Source: Obrimoposthia wandeli (Eukaryota). Taken from it: a stretch of 64,000 nt of DNA. The notes under the pieces are model-generated. The model saw only the letters and a list, made by a program, of their open reading frames with translations, did not search any database and had not been told where the DNA came from. Location of the stretch: NCBI GenBank assembly GCA_977020255.1, contig CDROCS010001386.1, forward strand, positions 1 to 64,000, written 5' to 3'. Made by a program: the position numbers and the translations under genes. Within the stretch, counting starts at the first letter, position 1. Every line of letters begins with the position of its first letter. Below are positions 1 through 11,504 of the stretch, piece by piece.

Positions 1-250
1 TATTCCTGACCTGTCGAATGACATACAATTTCTGATCGATATTGTCAGTTGCTGACGTCTGCAGATGAATGTCTACTACGTGGTTTGTTTTTAGTAAAGA
101 GAATTTCTATGTATATTGCCCGTATTACGTCTTGTCTCCATTTACTGATCATGATCTCATAACTAGCCTTGGTAGTGGTGATTTGTACGATCAGCATGAT
201 TCCTATGATCGTTCGATTCTTAAACTCAGGAACTAATGAAACAAGTCAAA

Positions 251-1600
251 TTACTCATATAGTACGGTCTTTCCTCCAATATGTTCATATATCGTTGGCT
301 GGTACTCTGGTGCTGGTTCATCTAGAAATGGTAGATGCTTGGTATAATTGTGTTGAATTTTTGTAAATTCATTTGACCTGTTCGTCTTGCGAGATCATGA
401 CGTTTCTTTTTTGATCTCGACTCTATCTTTGAACAACAAAACAAGATGAGTAATATTAATATTATAAATCCAATGATCAATTAAGTATTGGATTAACAAT
501 TCTAGAATACCATAACGTACTGTAGTATTCCTTGCTCTTGATGGTTAATATTTTAAATTTGTGTGCACTTTGGTTGGACTTGTCACTGAGAAGCACTATT
601 TTAGTTTGTCCAAATATGTAGTCTTCACATGTGACAACACTAATTCCATAATGTCCACTAGAAGTGTTATCATTTCGGTCATGGGACTATACACATTCGT
701 CCTGGACATCCTTTTACACATGATCATCGGCTTTGCCTTCAGGATGTCTTGATTATTTCTAGGGTGTTGTCTAGATTTCTCAAATGTAAATTATATTCGG
801 ATAGTGTCATCAATTCGGCTTTACTGGTTGGCATGAAAACACGGTACCAATCAATTACTACTCCATAGATCAATCCTTGTGCAACGGTGCACAGGGCCTT
901 GACTGACCTTTTGCGAGGTTTTAATTATCAATCGTTTGAGAGATATCTGTTTCTGATTGGTTCGTTTTGTTGTCTGTCGTTGTTTTTGACATCTCCTCGA
1001 TTCCATCTCGTCCGATAATCAACTTCCTTTGGTTTACCTTGTATCGTCAACTTTCCGAATCCATTTTTGGCGGACAAGCATGTTTTATGTCCTTCCATTG
1101 TTTCAATTATCACTCTCTTACTTCCATACTCACGTGTTTTGATGACATCGCCAATGAATATATACGTTGGTCATATCAACATCTTTTTGTATTTCCTTTA
1201 CAACTCGTTTTCTCCGCTTGCATCCGGCGAATGTTGTTGATATTCGGTCAGAAGTGTGCTGTCGGTCAGCTTCGTAATCTATTCGGAATTGATTCAGTAT
1301 TCTGTTTGTGGGTAAAATATCGCTTCATTTACTATGTTGTCTTCGATCCTTTCGTCTGGAGTACACAAGCACTTTGTTTGTTGGTCCATTTGGTCTTTTC
1401 ATCTTTACAAACTGAAATCTTTTACTGTCGGTTCTCATAGATCGAAGACATTTTCGGATGATCCACACATCAATTAGTCCTAACAACACTAATAGCATCA
1501 TGTCGGTGCCGGCGTATGGTACTGTATGGTGTAGTTGTGGATTTCGTTGAACCAGGAACTATTTCCGTGGTTGGAGCCTATCTCCTGTGCTCCCGTTATT
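251..1600 (-). pseudogene. Frameshifted accessory membrane-protein coding region of the element
   Basis: Manual minus-strand translation gives LIIGFIILILLILFCCSKIESRSKKKR (480-400; TM helix, CC, basic stop-transfer). After a 1-nt shift it continues LDEPAPEYQPTIYEHIGGKTVLYE* (stop 251-253). A second hydrophobic stretch MMLLVLLGLIDVWIIRK lies near 1500-1450. The ORF at 928..1113 is another fragment. Confidence 0.45.
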
Positions 1601-1625
1601 GGCATTAAACAACTTAACAAGCCTA

Positions 1626-2263
1626 TCATGCTAGCAATCTTTGGTATTGAAAGCTGGGCACTGTTGTTGTAGCTTCATTTATTTCTCGTTGTTGCTTCCT
1701 CTTTTCGGTGTATTTTTCTATTTCTCGAACGAGTAACGGTTTGAATTCCGTATTCGGTCTATTCTGTTTGATGTAGACCATCGCTTCTTCTGGCGTGTGA
1801 CCATGGTACTCTACCAACAAGGATACACCTATGGTAGGCGCTAACATCGTACCTTTTTTCTGATATATCAGAACGCCGTTTCCTTCTGTGACTTCAGCTT
1901 GGATGGTTTGAGTCAATTTCGTCAGATGTTGTTGTGCATCGTTTATCTCTCTCGATTGGAAGCATGTATGTATCGAGTGGTGTCATCTTCAGTATTTTGA
2001 CACAGACTAATTATCTCGTTTCCGACTTCAACAATGTTGATTACCCGGTTGATACTGTGGAACTTTAATCCAGCAGTATCTATATCTCCTGGATGACATA
2101 AAAATACTTTTGGCATTATCTGTGTAATTTTGTCGACTCCGGCTAAAAATAACCCGGTCAACGATAATGCTTGGAGGAAATTCTTTTCCTTTGGATCCTC
2201 CGGAATGTCGTCCATCCGTCTTTGTTCTTGCAACAGAAGTTGATAATTTGCCAACTGTCCCAA
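1626..2263 (-). CDS. Second dual-specificity phosphatase-like domain, catalytically degenerate (pseudophosphatase); split by frameshift
   Basis: ITQIMPKVFLCHPGDI...INRVINIV and VLIYQKKGTMLAPTIGVSLLVEYHGHTPEEAMVYIKQNRP align to the DUSP pattern. The P-loop Cys and Arg of HCxxGxSRS are absent. Confidence 0.65.
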
Positions 2264-2267
2264 AAAA

Positions 2268-2650
2268 TTAAGATTTGGGTTTGCAATACTTCTTCTTCTT
2301 CTCCTGTAGGTATTTTAACGCTTCTAGTACCTGCATTCGTCTAGTCTTTATTAGATATGCTAATACTAGGGTTGCTGATCGAGAAATTCCTTTCTGACAA
2401 TGTACCAACACTTTTCCTTTGTTCCGGAGTTCTCTGTGAAGTATTTCGTTTGTTTCTACGAACCATTCGAGAAGATTAGCGTCCATTGAGTCTTTTACTC
2501 TTAATGTCATAGCTCTGATCGTCTGATATTATTGCGATTTGTGATTCATTGTAACGTTGATCACATATGTTATTCCTTGTTCCAACAGTTTCTTTTCATC
2601 TGTTGCATCCTCCACATTTCCGAGGTATAACTTACCTGGAATGATCTCAC
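2268..2650 (-). CDS. Dual-specificity protein phosphatase domain (intact active-site motif); split by frameshift at ~2520
   Basis: MSEIIPGKLYLGNVEDATDEKKLLEQGITYVINVT (ORF 2529..3401) is followed by VKDSMDANLLEWF...GKVLVHCQKGISRSATLVLAYLIKT (ORF 2268..2510), a canonical DUSP signature. Confidence 0.92.
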
Positions 2651-3860
2651 TCATTGGTGGCATTAATTCTGACTCTTCAAGTTTTAGTCTTTCTAACCTC
2701 TTCTCTATTTGTTCGTCGATGTTAGTTAGTTTCGCCAGTTTCTTTCCTCTCAGCATTCGTATTGCTGGAGAGATATTCATTTTTGTCTCTGATGTCTGTT
2801 CCTTTGTTGAGTCTTCTTCCGACTCGGTCTCCTCTGCAGATTTAATTCGTCTTTCTTGTATATTTTGTTTCACGAATTCTATGTTTTGTCTTTTTCTGCT
2901 TTCTTTAGCGAATTCAATCTCCATGGTTCTTCCGAATCGCTCTATTATGTTATCTTCGGATTCTGTTGATTCTGTATCGTTACTTTCCGGTTCGCTGTCT
3001 TCACTAGACTCGCTCGAAGGGTATTCTGGTATGTCTGTCTGAACTGAAATTAATGAAGGTGTTAGAATAATTGGATTGATTTCCCCTTCGTATTTGTGAA
3101 TCGGATACGGTATTACACTATCTTTAAGTATCTCAACTTGGAACTGTGCTCCATAGCACATGACAATTGTTTCCAATTTACCCATGATGGACAATCCATC
3201 AAAATAGGTAACATTCAGCTTAGATATCGGTGTCTTCGCATAATTAATTAAGTTTACTCTTTTCCGGTTGATGACGGCCATCGATTTTTGTAAAGTATAA
3301 TTTCGTCGTTTATCGATGTATGGCATTACACTTGGCGCGGACGATACTATTTCAGCATGATATTTTGGCTGAATTGAGTTGGTCACTTGTTCTCGGATCA
3401 TATTGATTCTTTGTGGCTTCTTATTTTTAGCTTCCCACTTCCGGTATCCGCTGTCAATGCGTAACTCTGCCGTTAACTTTGATGATTTTATTGTTAGTCA
3501 CTTCCGGATGGTTTGGCGAATGGAATCCCCCTTCTATTACGCTCAACCTTACAGATACTTCCGTTTGATCTGTCTCTAACCGGTGAGATTCTGGTATACA
3601 ACATACAATTGTTTTTCCATCAAAGTATTTAGTGTCCATCTGACAAATTATCTTTTCAGTGTCAGCGTCGATTAAATGGACTCTCATGATATCTCTTTTC
3701 CCATGTGAATTACGTAATACCATTGGCCATTACATCGTGAGTATTCTTGTTTGAGTCTTTTTGGCGTACCATGCAGTATGTGACCACCGGCCGGTTCCTT
3801 CTCTTCCTGGGTAGTCCTGCTTCAATTGCTGTCATAGTTCTGCCATGCAACTATGTTTGG
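2651..3860 (-). CDS. Unknown accessory polyprotein segment between integrase and DUSP (acidic Ser/Glu linker; possible divergent domains)
   Basis: ORFs 2529..3401 and 3454..3723 are co-oriented with, and adjoin, the neighbouring ORFs by small frame shifts. No confidently recognisable family. Confidence 0.5.
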
Positions 3861-3862
3861 TG

Positions 3863-5330
3863 TCAATGTGATTTCGTTATCACTTTCTCAGTTGTAAACA
3901 CATTGGAATTTTGATAAAGTGCTGCGACTAATGTATTTCCGTCGTAGTATAACACTCTAAGTTCGCACAGAAATTCGTTTTTGAGTGCATCTTGCACAAT
4001 GACTTCTTGATCCACATCTTTCGGTTGTGTTTTTTCTAAAACGACTATTATCTCTTCGTCTTCTTCTAATATCTCTTGTGGTGCGATGTGTCGGATTACT
4101 TCCTTTTCCTCTTGGTACTTCATTCTGAGCATACCAATTCTCGCTGATTTTTTCTCGCTACCACTCGTCATCATGTTTATGTAGTTCCGATCACTTACCA
4201 TTCGTGTAAGTTTAATGGTATTGGTATTTGGCTTCGATTTCTGTGATCTTAACTCATATCGTGACGCATTATCTTTATTTGGTACTAATTTGCATCGATT
4301 TGCATGTACAATCATCGGTTCCTTGTTCCGATTCTCTTCGTTGATTACTTTCAAATTTGTTGAAGTTGTCTGGATCACCTTGTATGGTCCTTTGTATGGT
4401 CTATGAAGTTTAAACGATAGACCTGGTTCGATGACTGGATAAAATATCATCCACTTGATCTCCGAAATAAATTCATGTGGTTTTGCTTTTTTTGTCGTAT
4501 TGTTCTTGTAACCTTCTTGATTGAATTTCAGCTTCAATCCGGCTTTGGTCCAAGCATCTTGTAACCTTTCCTTCATGACGACAATGTATTGTTCAGTTTC
4601 TAGGTACTGAGATGTTGGCTCGGTCCACTCCAGATCCATTGGCATATTGTTCTGTCTGAGATACATCAGATAGAATGGTGTGTGACCCGTCGCCTCTCGA
4701 ACTGAATTCCTGTAAGCATATAAACATGAAGGTAAATATTTATCCCAATCCTCTTGCTTGTCTGAGCAATAGGATTGTACCATCATACATAAAGTTTTTA
4801 TTAAACCTTTCTACCAGACCATCTGTCTGTGGGTGATATGGTGAAGTTTGTAACTTCATAATTCCGAATATCTTCGATACTGCTTTTATGACTTCTCCAG
4901 TGAAGTTCTTTCCTTGATCCGTTAACAACTTTCTAGGCACTCCGTATCGAAATATTATCTCTTCTACTAAGATTTGCGCTATTGTTTCAGCTTTCTGGTT
5001 CTGCATGGGATATGCTTCTACCCATCTCGTCATGTAATCCGTAAATACTATGACATACTTGTTTCCTTTACTTGATTCTCTCAATGGTCCCAATATATCC
5101 ATCGCTGTGAATTCCATTGGTGCCAAAGGAACTGGCATTGGTTTCAGTGGAACTTTAGTACGAGTTCAAGTGTCTTTTCTGGTTAAACATACTTTACATT
5201 GTTTACACCATTGTTTTTATGTCGTCTTCCATACCATCCCAATGGTTCTTCTCTTTGATTCTGGCTATCGTCTTTCGCCTGACAGATGTCCTCCCAGTGT
5301 TCCATCGTGATATTGGATCATCACTGCTGT
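3863..5330 (-). CDS. Integrase (HHCC, DDE core, GPY/F motif) with C-terminal extension; frameshifted
   Basis: YHDGTLGGHLSG...W...CKQCKVC lies at ~5310-5190. The core reads AMDILGP...TDQGKNF...YHPQTDGLVERFNK, followed by WDKYLPSCLYAYRNS...TPFYLMY and KLHRPYKGPYKV. Confidence 0.95.
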
Positions 5331-5510
5331 TTTCAATGACTTCGGAATTACTACTACTATCTTTCCGACATTATTGACAATATACAAGATTCCTTCTTTT
5401 TATCAGTATTTTTCGTCATTTCATCGTTTAGATCTCCTTTCACCAACAATTCTTTGATTAGACTCAGTTCTTCATCTTCTTTCTGTTCTTTGATGATCTC
5501 TTTGTCTATT

Positions 5511-6900
5511 TTACCCGTCTTTAGCAAAATCGTCAGTAGATTTTGCTTCTCCTTTTTGGTCATTGGTTTCATCTTCTTCTGGAATTATGTTTCCTTTCTC
5601 GTCTACATTTGTCAATCTCGATAAACAATCTGCGTTGCCATTCGACTTTCCGGTTCTATAACGGATTTCTAGATCGAATTCGGCCAATTTTAGAAACCAT
5701 CTGTTTAATCTACTCATCTCATCTCTATGTTTATATAAGAACTGTAGTGGTTTGTGATCTGTATACAGGAATACCTTTTGTCCTAGCAAATAGTGTCTGT
5801 ACTGTCTACATGAATACACTATGGCTAGACATTCCTTTTCGATAACAGAGTATCCTCTTTCGGCTCTGTTTAATCCTCTACTTGCATACGCAATGACGTG
5901 TTCTCTTCCTTCGTCATCCTCTTGTCCCAATACTGCTCCTACAGCATAGTTACTTGCATCTGTCATGAGTATGAATTGTCGGTTTATATCTGGAAACGCT
6001 AATATTGGTGCTTTTATCAATCTTTCTTTTAAATGCTCGAACGCTTGTTGAGCTTCTTCTCCCCATATGAACTTCTCATCTTTTCTCGTCAACTTTCTCA
6101 ATGGTGTTGCTATATCTGAAAAATGTTCAACAAATCGTCTATAATAATTCGCAAGACCTAAAAAACTCTGTATCTCCTTAACAGTCTTTGGCGCTAGATG
6201 CGCTTTTACTTTCTCGATCTTTGCTGGATCAGGTCGGATGCCTTCTTTCGATACTATATGTCCTAAAAATGTTACTCGCTCTTTAGCCCATTCGCATTTT
6301 GTAGGTTTAACTTTTAATTTAGCGTTTTCCAGTCTTTTAAATACAACTTCAAGATTTTTTAAATGTTCTTCGAACGTTTTCGAAAATATTATTATGTCAT
6401 CAATATAAACCATCGTGTTTGCACACGATGCGAGTACAAAATTCATGCAACGCTGAAATGTTGCTGGAGCTCCTGTCAGTCCGAATGGCATCTTTTTCGC
6501 ATTCGTATAATCCATCTCCGCAGGAAAAGGCTGTTTTGTGTTTATCCTCTTCCTCTATCTCGATTTGCCAGTATCCACTCTGCAAATCCAATGTCGTAAA
6601 ATAATCTGAATTACCCAATTTATCGAGCATCTCTTCGATTCTAGGTAATGGATACACATCTTTTCTTGTGATCTTGTTCAGTTCTCTGAAATCTATACAG
6701 AATCTCATTTTCCCATCCTTCTTTTTTTACCAACACCACAGGTGCTGAGAATGGCGAAAAACTCGGTCTAATTACTCCTGTTTTAGACATATCTTCGATC
6801 TGACTTTTTACTTCATCTTGTAATTGTAATGGTACTCGGTATGGTCTTCTTCTGACTACTTTGTCTTCTGTCAGTGGTATTGTGTGTTTTATGACAGGTG
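5511..6900 (-). CDS. Reverse transcriptase + RNase H; frameshifted at ~6725 and ~6500
   Basis: RFCIDFRELNK...YPLPRIEEML...LDLQSGYWQI, MPFGLTGAPATFQR, VYIDDIIIFS; RNase H TDASNYAVGAVL...EKECLAIV...TDHKPL. Confidence 0.97.
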
Positions 6901-6906
6901 TTTCTC

Positions 6907-7300
6907 CTATGTCATATGGATTTTTGCAATTACTTTTGGAAATTTATGTATTAGATCAAGTAATTGTTTCTTTTCTCTAGTTGTCAGTCTTTCTGATTGG
7001 ATTACTATTTCTTCGTAATCATTCGTATCTTTATCGAGTTTCATAGCGCATACAGTGGAATTCTCCATCTGTGCTATCTTTCCCAACCTCATTCCTCTGT
7101 ATAATAGAATGTCATTGTTGGTTGTATTCATCAGTCTAACTGGTATTTTGTGGTTTTCGATCAGACATACTGTACTCACAACTGGTAATTCGTATTTCTC
7201 TATGAAATCTCGTGATGGTTCGAACACAACTGGTCCTTTATCTTCTGATAATGTGTGACCTTGAATGAAATTGTGATCTTTTACCGATTTTTATAGGATT
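6907..7300 (-). CDS. PR-RT spacer region of Gypsy pol
   Basis: IPVRLMNTTNNDILLYRGMRLGKI resembles the spacer commonly seen upstream of RT in invertebrate Gypsy pol. It is linked to both neighbours by 1-nt shifts. Confidence 0.6.
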
Positions 7301-7313
7301 CTCTATAATTACA

Positions 7314-9377
7314 TCAATTTGGTTTTATTTGTCTGTTTGATGTACTATCCTTCAATCTTGGATCTTGTAAATCAATGCTTATCCCTTTAAGTTGTGATAG
7401 TACATCCATTCCTAAAATTGTAGGTTCAGGACATTCTTTCATGATTCTAACTGGTATAGTGATCGTATTACGTCCAATTATAAATGTACATGGTAATATT
7501 CCCGTCACTTTTACAGGGTCTCCATTGACCGATACCAAGAATTCATCTGGTTCTGCCATTGTTCGTTTCTGTTCCTCTGTCAAACAGTCTTCACTTACTA
7601 TCGAAGCTACAGCACCTGTATCAATTAAAGCTTTTACTCGTAAATTATTTACTCTAATGATAGCTGCTGGTCGCTGTGCTCCATTTATGTTTCCCATATG
7701 GTATATTGTATTTATCGAATTATTACACTCTGTCCGTCCACTTCCTATGTTTGGATAGTGAAATCTAATGTTTCTCACTTGTCGATCTATTATTCTTCGA
7801 CAAATCGGACATGATACCATTTCATTCGCACATCTCCGACATGTTCTTACATGTCCGCATGGTAGAAAGGCAACTTCTATTTTGTTGACCATGCAAACTG
7901 CGCATTCCGGATCTTCTAGTATGTATTCTAGTTCATTTATGTACTCTTTCTCTTTTGTTTCAATTGTACTGTCATCTTTATCTCGCAGTAATTCAAAAAT
8001 CGATCCGTATCCGTTTCGCGTAGTTTTTATTTTTAATTCTACCAATTCTCTGATTCTTTCTGCTTCTTTTGGATATAATCTTCTCACGAATGACACTACC
8101 GGTGTGTCTTGTTGAGCCAAAATCTCTTTCCGTGTGATTTGGTATTCGATTATACATTCGGTTTTCTGTTCCTTTTGCTTTATTTTGTTTTTTAAAGTAC
8201 AAAATTCGCAAAATTCATGATGTAAAATTTTCTTAGGTAGCTCAAGAGTGTATCTGTCGATAATTCGTTCTTTTTTACACTTGTGGCATTTAATTACGTC
8301 TTTACTTTTTGCCAATTTTTTAAGTCTTGGATCTTCGAAAGTTACTTCTCGATACTGTTCGTCACATTCGTTCACTTCTCGCATAACTTCGAATATATCT
8401 TCAATTCGACTATTCGTTATTACTCTACCTGTTATTAGAGCTGATTCTCCTTTTGGAATCCCGTCACTGTAATCGAAATCGGGTGCTTTTCCCATTTGGA
8501 TTTCTGGTACGTTTGACGTTTTCAGTTTCAAAAGAAATGGACAATTTGGTGCATCTCTTTTATGACGTCTCATTGGGTTTTCATTCTGTTCCCATTCTCT
8601 AAACTTTACTCTACACCATACGCATCGTACTACTATCTCCTGACCATAACTGCTTGTCGCGTTTAACATTTCTAAACCTGATCTTGCCATTTTACGTGCC
8701 ATTCCTTTTGAATAGTACTGTTCTAGTATGTTTCGTCTCTTTCTCTCGAATCTCATGGGATCCCTTTCTGACAGATTTACATATGTTATTTTTCTCCTCG
8801 TCGTATCTTGTGGTCCGAAATTTACATTTTTGTAGTGAAGTATCGACTTTGCTAGCGCTTCCTGTTTTTTGTCTGGGTACGAACTTCCCATACGGAACGT
8901 AGTGCATTTTTCCTTTTCGACTATAGGTCCTCTCAACATTTTTATCTCTCTCACTGAACTGTCATTCTTATTACTCTTGTTGTTTGGTAGTATAATTATT
9001 CCTTCAAACATTCGTATTACGTCCATCCCAATCATGACTGGACTACCGCAATCTGTGAATATTCTAGCATTCAACTGCAATGCTCTTCCATCGATATTCA
9101 ATGAACATTTTAGTGTTCCTTCCGACACTACATCTGTACCATTCACGTTAACAAATGTCTGTTTTCTAGGACATACTTCTCTTAATTCTTTTGATGACAA
9201 GATTTCTTTACTCAGTACTGATACTGCAGATCCGGTATCAACTTCGGCAAGATATTCTCTTCCGTTCAATGTTACTGCTACTTGTGGTGGAGCATTTGGA
9301 TTCTCATTGGATATCCTAGACTTCAGAATTCTTCTGGAATTATCTTTTTGTCTTTTCCTCTGCTTGTGGAATCTCAC
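7314..9377 (-). CDS. Aspartyl protease 1 - BIR - degenerate BIR - RING (IAP module) - aspartyl protease 2
   Basis: PR1: LAEVDTGSAVSVL...MIGMDVI. BIR1: CVWC-x16-H-x6-C (CVWCRVKFREWEQNENPMRRHKRDAPNCPFL). BIR2-like: TF..LA..DVIKCHKC-x18-H-x6-C. RING: CAVCMVNKIEVAFLPCGHVRTCRRCANEMVSCPICR. PR2: ALIDTGAVASIV...ILGMDVL. Confidence 0.92.
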   Translation of the reverse strand: MRFHKQRKRQKDNSRRILKSRISNENPNAPPQVAVTLNGREYLAEVDTGSAVSVLSKEILSSKELREVCPRKQTFVNVNGTDVVSEGTLKCSLNIDGRALQLNARIFTDCGSPVMIGMDVIRMFEGIIILPNNKSNKNDSSVREIKMLRGPIVEKEKCTTFRMGSSYPDKKQEALAKSILHYKNVNFGPQDTTRRKITYVNLSERDPMRFERKRRNILEQYYSKGMARKMARSGLEMLNATSSYGQEIVVRCVWCRVKFREWEQNENPMRRHKRDAPNCPFLLKLKTSNVPEIQMGKAPDFDYSDGIPKGESALITGRVITNSRIEDIFEVMREVNECDEQYREVTFEDPRLKKLAKSKDVIKCHKCKKERIIDRYTLELPKKILHHEFCEFCTLKNKIKQKEQKTECIIEYQITRKEILAQQDTPVVSFVRRLYPKEAERIRELVELKIKTTRNGYGSIFELLRDKDDSTIETKEKEYINELEYILEDPECAVCMVNKIEVAFLPCGHVRTCRRCANEMVSCPICRRIIDRQVRNIRFHYPNIGSGRTECNNSINTIYHMGNINGAQRPAAIIRVNNLRVKALIDTGAVASIVSEDCLTEEQKRTMAEPDEFLVSVNGDPVKVTGILPCTFIIGRNTITIPVRIMKECPEPTILGMDVLSQLKGISIDLQDPRLKDSTSNRQIKPN

Positions 9378-11504
9378 TGTAGCTCACTTTAGGCCATCTT
9401 ATCATTAAGATGCCTCTCTTGAACTTTTCCTTCTCTTCCTTTAATTCCTTCATTGGATATAGGTTTAACGCCACTTCTTCCTTGTCTGGTAACGGAATCT
9501 TCGGTTTTCCTGGTATCTTTGCATATACTCCTGGACTATCATTATCGTCGTCGTTATCGTCTCGATAGTTTCTTGGTTCTCTCATCATGGTTCTCGTTTG
9601 GTGTTGTTCCTTCTTGAGGGCTCGCAACTCGTTCTCGTGATGATGGTGCATTAGATATTTTGCTAAAAATGGAAAACATCCAATTATAAGTTGCCAGGTG
9701 ATTCCGGTTATCCTGTATAAACTATACGTAGACAACACCTGGGCTATAATTACCTGCACAAATTTAATTATAACATAAATACCTATGATACCCGAAAATA
9801 ATTGTCCTAAGACAAGGAATTTCCCCCACATCTTTCTAAGTGTCTGATGTGCTGCTTCCTTGAAATGACTTGGCGATAATAACATATCGAAATTCGCATA
9901 TCTCGCTCCTGGCGGTAATGCTCGATGTACCATCTCCGTAAGTACTCTGGCTCTTCTTACTGGAAACATTATTTCGTTCCACGCCGCTTTTAAATCTTTT
10001 TCATTGTACAATCCTGCGCTCTCCATATTTTCCACCGCTTGGAATTTCATTTTACCTTTAAGATTCGTCATTCTTATCATCGCTGGGGTTTTCGTTGCCT
10101 TCCGATCAGGTAACGTTATCCATAGATTATTCGTCATCTGATATTCAGGTGCCATTATATTAGAGCAGCTGATTTCTTTAGTTGGAGTGTCTTTTGGAAG
10201 TAACATTCTCGTGATTGGTTCAACAAAAAGATCTTTTAGATTATACGTTACTGCCAATTCACTCGTACATCGATTTGTTTTTCTCAACTGTACCTCTACT
10301 TTATTACACTTGTAAGTATACAATACTTCTCCCATGGTTTTAGCAAATACTCCTTCATCCAAGGGTAATAATGGTGCTACCATGTCTGGATTCGTAATAG
10401 CTAATGCTAACTTTGTTCTTACGATCTCTTTGTTTAGCTGGCAATCTCTTTCGATCATCATTCGATATAACTGTTCCATTTGCATCAATCCTTTATGATA
10501 ATAGAAATCAATTTTATTATTAAAATACGTGTGTAGCTGCATATCTTTAGGTTTTAGCTTGGTTTCTGCCAATGCTATTGCTTCTTTAGACAAAACTATT
10601 CCTGGATAGTTTGTAGTACTAACAGTCATTCCGCATCGCGCTTTGTTTCTCTTTTTAATAAATATCAATCCTTCTTCTATTGATGTTGCCATTAACAGTG
10701 TAGGTGTTTTTGTCATTGGGATTGGTCTTGTTTCATTTAACAATCCTTTTCCTGCTTTATTATACAGGAACCCTTCTCCATCCTTATTATACAGGAATCC
10801 TTTTATTTTATTAAAGCTAATCTCTTTCAAAAATACTAAAGAGCATTGCTTCGGATTTATGTTATACACAATTGTGGATTCACCTGTAAAACAAGATGCA
10901 TCTGTCATTTTACATTCTGGATACTTCATCATTAGTTGTGTCTTTTTATCAAAATTGGCGGTCCATGTTTTTAATTCGATTTTGTAAGTTACATCCATTA
11001 CTAACTCAGATACTTTGGTTCCACGCACGTTTTTTGTTTCTCCGTCACAAGATCCATCAGCCCATCGTTGTCCGACTCTCGTGACTGTTTCGTATCGTCT
11101 CACTCCAATTTGTACTTCAGGTTTGTAATTCTTGTCTACCTCTATCGTTCCGTTCGAAATGCATCTTCGCAATCTCTCGGCAAAACCTTATGTGCCTTGT
11201 ACGGTGTGGTAGGTGTGATTTCTGACATAAAACTTCTATGACCACAATAGAATTCGTGATAACTTGAATGGATTGAACATTCTTTCACTTCTACTTGTAC
11301 TTTATCAACATCCTGATACACAAAGTAGTTTTCAACACCTTGAACTTCTAGTTTTGACGGTTGTGATTCTGGGCAGTCTTCGCTGTCAAGCAGTGAATAC
11401 TTTTGTCCCATCTTTGGTATGCTACAGTCATATGCTATCAATCCTGATGCCTGTTGCATTCCCATAAACATTACTAACATCATCATCATCATTGTTGTGG
11501 ACAT
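9340..11504 (-). CDS. Envelope glycoprotein, chuvirus/Jingchuvirales-like (class III fusion-type); N-terminus encoded at the end of the gag ORF
   Basis: Signal peptide MSTTMMMMMLVMFMGMQQASG then LIAYDC...SLLDSEDC. A 1-nt shift at ~11150 joins the 610-aa ORF containing YFNNKIDFYY...DCQLNKEIV...GEVLYTYKCNKVEV...CTSELAV..LFVEPITRML and a C-terminal hydrophobic region. Confidence 0.8.

Noticed and set aside
3730-4000. Possible AlkB/2OG-Fe(II) domain in the integrase C-terminal extension
   Set aside because: Only vague similarity (YYDGN, HGTPK). The required HxD metal ligands are not visible.
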